Source: Octopus vulgaris | Lineage: Eukaryota | Direction: 5' to 3' | Length of the DNA stretch: 64,000 nucleotides | Assembly: GCA_951406725.2 (NCBI GenBank) | Contig: OX597816.1 | Coordinates: 177,754,001 to 177,818,000 of the forward strand | Part shown: piece after piece, positions 56,968 through 64,000 of the stretch | Position numbering within the stretch: position 1 is the first letter of the stretch | Layout of the letters: each line of letters begins with the position of its first letter | Translations under genes and position numbers: made by a program | Notes under the pieces: generated by a model | The model's input: only the letters and a program-made list of their open reading frames with translations | Databases searched by the model: none | What the model was told of the DNA's origin: nothing

Positions 56968-57079
56968 ACAGCTTGGCCTGCTCGCCTAGCCAGCGGGGTG
57001 GCATCATTTGAATGCGAAGCGTATTGTGACCAGAGATGTGTAGCAACATCTGATAGCCTGCTCGGTCACGGTGGTCACG

Positions 57080-57151
<72 letters not shown>

Positions 57152-57392
57152 TATACATATATATACACAGACACACATATATACACACACACACACATAT
57201 ATACATATATCGAAATACGTGAGTAGAAAAACAGCCAACAACTGATGAAATGTCGTTCCTTATGTTGCTTGTCTTGTTCTCCATTTGTATCTACGTTGTT
57301 CGAAAAAATATTTTATATTCCACGCACTCGTACTTCGTATTTTTTGTTGTATACGTTTTGTGACGTCCTGTGCCCACGTATGCATATATATG

Positions 57393-57474
<82 letters not shown>

Positions 57475-57475
<1 letters not shown>

Positions 57476-58405
57476 CAAAGTGGAGTTGTATGGTACTGCA
57501 CGAGTGGAATTATATACGAAAGAAGGTTTGAAAATGCAATTTAAAAGATGTTTATTTACTTTACCGGTTTCACTCTTTGGAAAAAGATTGTCAAAAGTAA
57601 CATGTAGAAGTTTGGTTGCGTTAATTATTGGTTGTTACAAATTGCTACATTACATATATACAGTCTTTGGTATTAGGGACATGTTAAGGACATAAAAAAG
57701 TTCAACAAGTTCCTTAAAATATTGGGCACAAAAGATTACTATATAAATGATCATTCTCAAGAACATGCTTAAGATAGTTTCCATAGGAATTGATATTGGT
57801 ATTGGTGTTGTATCTGTATATTCAAACATACACAGAATATTGGTTGACACAGAGTACTACAATCCATATAAATATATATTCTTTGGTGACAAGAGCATGT
57901 TGAGAATATAAAAGAGTTTAACAAGCTCATTGAAATAATGGGCACAAAAGATTACAAATATATTATACATTCTCAAGATAATTTCCAGAAGGAATTATTA
58001 AAAAAGTTCAGTATACACGTACAGAATATTATGAGTTCAAAAAGATTTACATTATAATAGTGGTGAAGCTAAAACTGACCTATTATCTATTATCTATGTT
58101 TGAATATACAGATACAATACCAATACCAATATCAATTCCTTCTGGAAACTATCTTATGCATGTCCTTGAGAATGATTATTTATGTAGTAATCTTTTGTGC
58201 CCAATATTTTAAGGAACTTGTTGAACTTTTTTATGTCCTTAACATGTCCCTGTTACCAAAGACTGTATATATGTAATGTAGCAATTTGTGACAACCAAAC
58301 GCAAACAAACTTCTACATGTTACTTTTCACAATCTTTTTCCAAAGAGTGAAACCGGTAAAGTAAATAAACATCTTTTGAATTGCATTTTCAAACCTTCTT
58401 CTTTC

Positions 58406-58410
<5 letters not shown>
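57475..58410 (-). mobile_element. PLE-type element with ~320-bp inverted arms, ~36-nt tail and U3-A8 HHR
   Basis: 57511-57830 inverted at about 58095-58410; TTACTT-TTGACAA-TCTTT-TTCC-AAAGA-GT-GAAACCGGTA-AAGTAA at 57556-57600. Confidence 0.8.
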
Positions 58411-58448
<38 letters not shown>

Positions 58449-58536
58449 TATATATATATATATATAGATATATTATATTAATATATCTATTAACGTATAG
58501 ATATTATATGTACATCTACTAGTTATAGTATATATG

Positions 58537-58616
<80 letters not shown>

Positions 58617-59429
58617 AAGCCTTTCCTCTTTCCTGCTATTTTTAAACAAAGCTTTTCCTTCTGAGGTTTGAAACATTTTCACACCATGCTCATTCTTATT
58701 CTTACGAATTCGATGAGATAAGAACTGGACTAATTTGTGAGGTTAATATATATGTTTGAAGGACTGTTTCCCGACATGTCACTGTAATAACTATAGCCAG
58801 CAAAATAAAAAATGGTAATAACAGTAAAACGCAAAATGCTCGTCCAACCTTTTAGTGATGTATTTCATCCTCTCGTATGACAATATACGGGATCGTCGAG
58901 AGCAAAGTAAGAGTGATGAGGAAGAAAGAAAGAGAATGAGACATTCAGCTACTTCTTACGCACGCGGATACACACCCACATATAAGTACACGCACACCGA
59001 GAAGACTCTGAACACTAGCAGAATCATAAGCCCGCCGGGTGAGATACTTAATGACATTTCGTCCGTGTTTACGTTCTAAGTCCGATAAAGTAAGTACCAG
59101 TTGATATAATCGACTTCCCTCAAAATTGCTGAGCTTGTGCTAAAATATGAAATCATTATTTAAAACAGTTTTGATACGGCTCCATGCAACTTAAAGTTTC
59201 GCAGACCTCTGACACAAACCCGTTTTTCTCAGATTTTAGATTAGCGAATCGGTAATCCAAGCCTGAAGAAGACGAGTTTCTATTAATGGTCCGCGAAACT
59301 TTAAATCGCATGAAGCCCGAACGAAATGTCACTCCGTTGCAGTGTCATCCATTTACAGATGAAATGAAGTGTTTTAAACATATATATATATGTATATATA
59401 TATATATGCATATATATATTCTTTTATTC

Positions 59430-59639
59430 TTTTCTTTTACTTTTTTCAGTCATTTGACTACGGTCATGCTTGAGCACCGCTTCGAAGAGTTATAGACTAA
59501 CAAATCATCTCAGGACGTTTCGTTAAAGCCTAGTACTTATCCTATCGGTCTCTTTCGCCGAACCGCTATGATACGTGGACGTAAACATACCAACACCAGC
59601 TGTCAAGCGGTGATGTGGGGACAAACACAGACACATAGA

Positions 59640-59687
<48 letters not shown>

Positions 59688-59852
59688 GGACGGGCTTCTT
59701 TCAGTTTCCGTCGACTAAATCCACTCACAAGGATTTAGTCGGCTTGAGGCTATAAGAGAAGACACTTGCCCAAGGCGCCACACAGTGGGACTGTATCAGG
59801 AGTCATGTGGTTGGGAAGCAATCTTCTTACCATACAGCCAGGTCTGCGCCTA
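59430..59852 (-). mobile_element. SINE family A, diverged
   Basis: Head and tail recognisable. Confidence 0.85.
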
Positions 59853-59871
59853 TATATACATATATATATGA

Positions 59872-60212
59872 AGGCGGCGAGCTGGCAGAAACGTTAGAAC
59901 GCCGGGCGAAATGCTTGGCGGTATTTCGCCTGCCGTTACGTTCTGAGTTCAAATTCCGCCGGGTCGACTTTACCTTTCATCCTTTCGGGATCGATAAACT
60001 AAATGCCAGTTACGCACTGGAGGTCGATGAAATCGACTTAATCCGTTTGTCTGTCCTTGCTTGTCTCCTCTGCTTTTAACCCCTTGTGGGTAGTAAAGAT
60101 ATAGAAATAGGTATTTCGTCTAGCGTTACGTTCCGAGTTCAAATTCCGCCGAAGTTGACTTTGCCTTTCATCCTTTCGGGGTCGATTAAATAAGTACCAG
60201 TTACGCACTGGT
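59872..60212 (+). mobile_element. SINE family B, dimeric
   Basis: AGGCGGCGAGCTGGCAGAAACGTTAG head. Confidence 0.88.
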
Positions 60213-61517
60213 ATAACCTATCTTAAAAACCGTATTACTATTTTACGATCTATATATCTCGTTGGCTAAGTAATATCTTACAAATAACGTACTGTAATAA
60301 ATCTAATAATTAAATACATATCATCAACAACTAAATAATTATAGAATCAAATTAACAATCAGTAGTTATAAAGTATACAATATAATACAATAAAACTTAT
60401 TAAAATACTTTAAAATCTTAAACAGAAAAGGTTTACTTAGTTTTCAAAACCGTGTCATTAACTAAAATTTTAAAACGGAAAACGTCTTTTAAGCGTTTAT
60501 AAGAATACTCGTGGAATTACGTTATTAACAGAAATAGAATAAACAGATGAAAAATTCTTTTAACAATGAAAACTACGAATATATTTTATCAATGAAAATT
60601 ATGAATAGATATTATCAATGGAAAATACGGCTATAGTATAGCTAAATAGATAAAGAGAACAAAGCCACTATTAGAGAATAAAATCACTATATACTATAAA
60701 ATTCATAGTTAAAAATAACTACAATAAATTATACTCAATACTCTATAAATTAAATAATTTATATAACTACAAATTACTGTATATACTCTAAAAATCTTGT
60801 AAAAATTAATTAATTTTATATGAAAAAGGTTACGTTGTAGTCAAATCTTAATTTAAATAAAATAAAAATATGACTATTAGACACATTCAAAATTAATTCA
60901 GTAGTAATTCAAACATTATCTATAATATGACCAATAATTAATATAAAAAACTATATTCTAATAAAATTCATTAAATAATATTAATTAAATAAACATCTAA
61001 ATAAATCTACTTCGAAATATATAAAAAATACATACATATTGATTAATTTAACAAATTTATTACAAACTATAAACTCAACTGTAGTATAAAATAAATATAT
61101 TTTATATATCATATTAATACTCAAAATAAATGCTAGACAATAATAAATTAAACTTATTATATAGGTAAACTAATTTATATTTAGATCAAATACATTGTTC
61201 TTTAATTGAATAAATAAAGTACATATTATCATTATAAAAAGTATTACATAAAGAAAAAAATTATTATCCTATACATTCAAAATTATAAACCATCATATAA
61301 TCTATATTCATTAAAACCATTAAATATTTAGTAATAAAATAAACATCAAAATATAATCTAACTATAAGTATTTAAAGAACCTTTACTAACTCTTATTGAC
61401 TAATACTCAAACCACATACAGAACTGCAAACACAACACTACTGTCATTAATTAATATATTTATTAAATTTATTAAATTATTTAATTATTTATTTAATATG
61501 TATATATATATGTATAT

Positions 61518-62462
61518 AAGATCTTTTCGCTTTGACCGGCAAATTTTTTAAATAATTTCTTTTCAACTAAAAAATTTAAAACTTCGTATACTGGTAGAAT
61601 GTGTTTATAAAACATCTTTTTCTCTTGGCTTTCTTGAGAAAATTCTGTAGTTTGTAAGATATTTGTTGTTTATTTTCTTGCATTTCGGCAATTTCAACCA
61701 ATCAATGACGTCTATTGAGGTGAAAACAATTTCTCCGGAGCGTTGTCAACTACAATAATTTCCGGTGTCATATGAAATTGTCGCTGTTATTTATGACATA
61801 TTTCATATCAGTTACGTTCGTATAAATAAAAGATTATCGTTATTAAACTTTTATTAATAAACACATATTCTAAGTTCACAACATATGCAGATTTAATTTT
61901 CCTCTCTGTTGCACAGATACACATATTTCATATTATATATTCGTTTAAGAAACAGATTGGGTTTATTTACATTTCTGAAGAAAAAAGATACCCTTCCCCC
62001 CACCCCTAACCCTAACCTAAACCCTAACCCTAACCCTAACACTAACCCAACTCCTAACCCTAACCCAAACCCTAAAACAGATTGAAATGCAAGGGTCATA
62101 ATTATGGGTGGACACTAAAGAGGGAACGGTTTTGTTATCCAGCTCTGTTTACGAGTGACCCCTCAGTTTATGGCCACAGGGTATCTTTTTTTCTCATAAA
62201 TAACAGGGACAAATTCATATGACACCGAAAATTATTGTTGTTGACAACGCTCCGGAGAAATTGTTTTCATCTTAATAGACGTCATTGATTGCCGAAATGC
62301 AAGAAATTAAAGACCAAATAGCTTACGAACTACAGAATATTCTCAAGAAAGCCAAGAGAAAAAGATGTTTTATAAACACATTCTACCAGTATACGAAGCT
62401 TAAAAGTGTTTAGTTACAAAGAAATTATTTAAAAAATCTGCCGGTCAAAGCGAAAAGATCCT
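61518..62462. mobile_element. MITE with ~275-bp TIRs and internal (CCTAAC)n
   Basis: GATCTTTTCGCTTTGACCGGCA..TGTTATTTATGA mirrored at about 62194-62460; in (TA)n; telomere-like tract 62002-62075. Confidence 0.88.
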
Positions 62463-63094
62463 GTATATATATATATATATATAAACTTGTTACCAGTTTG
62501 AATATGCTTCAAGCGTATTGGAACCCGTAAGAAAGCTATTCACTGTATTTTGTCATGGAGAAAAGTTTCTCGCTCCAAATATAGTGAATGGCTTTCTTAC
62601 GGATTCGAATATGATTCAAGCGTATTTCAACGCTTCCATTCCGCGCGCAATGTTCTGTGTGCGTCTGTATATAAAAGAAATACAAAAGTTGTTAGATAGA
62701 TAGATAGATATCTGTAGAGTAAAGAGGAAAACAAAATGACAAAGTAAGTGAGATGAACCGAAACTAAAAACGATCACATAAAAAGAAATACTTTTCATAC
62801 TGTTTCTGAGTTAATGAATATATATATATATATATATCACATGATCACGTAACTGACCAGACCATCAGATGTTGTTACACATCGCTGGTCACAATGCGCT
62901 TCGCATTGTTTTAGCCTTCAAATGACGCCACCCCGCTGGCTAAGCGAGCAGGCCAACAGAAGAAAGAGTGAGAGAAAGTTGCGGCGAAAGAGTACATATA
63001 TATATATATATGTATATATATATATGTATATATATATATATAAATATATATATATAAATATATATATATACATATATATATATACATATATATA

Positions 63095-63291
63095 TTTCTT
63101 TACTACCCACAAGGGGCTAAACACAGAGGGAACAAAGAAGGACAGACAAAGGGATTAAGTCGATTACATCGACTCCAGTGCGAAATTGGTACTTTATTTA
63201 TCGACCCCGAAAGGATGAAAGGCAAAGTCGACCTCGAATTTGAACTCAGAACGTAACCGCAGACGAAATACCGCTAAGCATTTCTCCCGGC

Positions 63292-63295
<4 letters not shown>
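63095..63295 (-). mobile_element. SINE family B, 5'-truncated
   Basis: Reverse complement of the family B body. Confidence 0.85.
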
Positions 63296-63366
<71 letters not shown>

Positions 63367-63405
63367 CGTATTTAATAACACACACACACACACATATATA
63401 TATAC

Positions 63406-63454
<49 letters not shown>

Positions 63455-63466
63455 TATGTATGTATG

Positions 63467-63505
<39 letters not shown>

Positions 63506-64000
63506 CATATATATTTACGCGTGCAGGTATTCTAGTCAGTATTAAAATTGCACTGAAACGTTAAATAATTGGATGTTATCACTAGTATTTATCACCCAGT
63601 CAAATGACCTTGACTCCTATTTTACCTGGATGCCATTTAGAGATGCTATCTTGATGAAGAAGCAAACAGGCTTCTAGTGGCGATGAGTGACATGGTTTTC
63701 TTATAATATCTACCATATGTTCTGACGGGTTTCAACGAACAAATATAACAGCTAGGAATAGAGATTTGCTGAGAACTGCTTCTATCACGAGGCAATAGAG
63801 TCAGATAAACTTTTCACGACTGGCCGCTATATTGCCAGTCTCTCTTACTTTTTAGACGCGATGCTGTTAGACAACAAGTTGGCACCAGATAGCGTACCAA
63901 CTCTTGAAACAGACTGCAGACCACACGCACAAATATCAGACGTATTTCTTAACTGACCTAATTTTTCTTCAAATACTTTTATCATACGGAATCCATGTCC

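Noticed and set aside
57478-57500. TGGAGTTGTATG-GTACTGCA resembling the 14477/20048 HHR 3' half minus AAACGATC
   Set aside because: Too short, and also explainable as a local duplication within the element tail.
59258-59312. CTGAAGA..GAAAC (similar cases at 22145, 34200, 57242)
   Set aside because: Stems I-III cannot be formed in register; expected chance matches.
62002-62075. Telomere or chromosome-fusion scar
   Set aside because: Short, degenerate and enclosed by MITE TIRs.

Overview
AT-rich eukaryotic DNA made almost entirely of repeats. It is most likely an octopod cephalopod intron or intergenic region; this is inferred from the tRNA-derived SINE families and the (TA)n load and was not database-verified. 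No intact host protein-coding gene is supported, and most listed ORFs are microsatellite translations. Recognisable mobile elements: a CR1-group LINE 3' end, Tc1 and mariner remnants, RTE and I-like LINE fragments, a Ty3/Gypsy pol remnant, a Penelope-like element (PLE) RT ORF plus a GIY-YIG remnant, a Hero/R2-group RLE retrotransposon, a Buster-type hAT remnant, several Helitrons (three non-autonomous copies, a deleted RepHel copy with 23-aa STPR-like repeats, a PIF1 C-terminal fragment), a long-TIR MITE, and many copies of at least three tRNA-SINE families. The main unexplained signal is about 20 hammerhead-ribozyme (HHR) motifs from more than 10 distinct sequence families. Nearly all sit in short PLE-type elements (inverted segment + HHR + tail) embedded in (TA)n tracts. 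Non-canonical cores recur (CCGANGA, UUGANAA, CUGUNGA). They include a 361-bp retrozyme-like tandem unit, a tRNA-SINE carrying an HHR, and a type II HHR-like fold in the Hero 3' UTR. All structures were read by eye and none was tested for cleavage.
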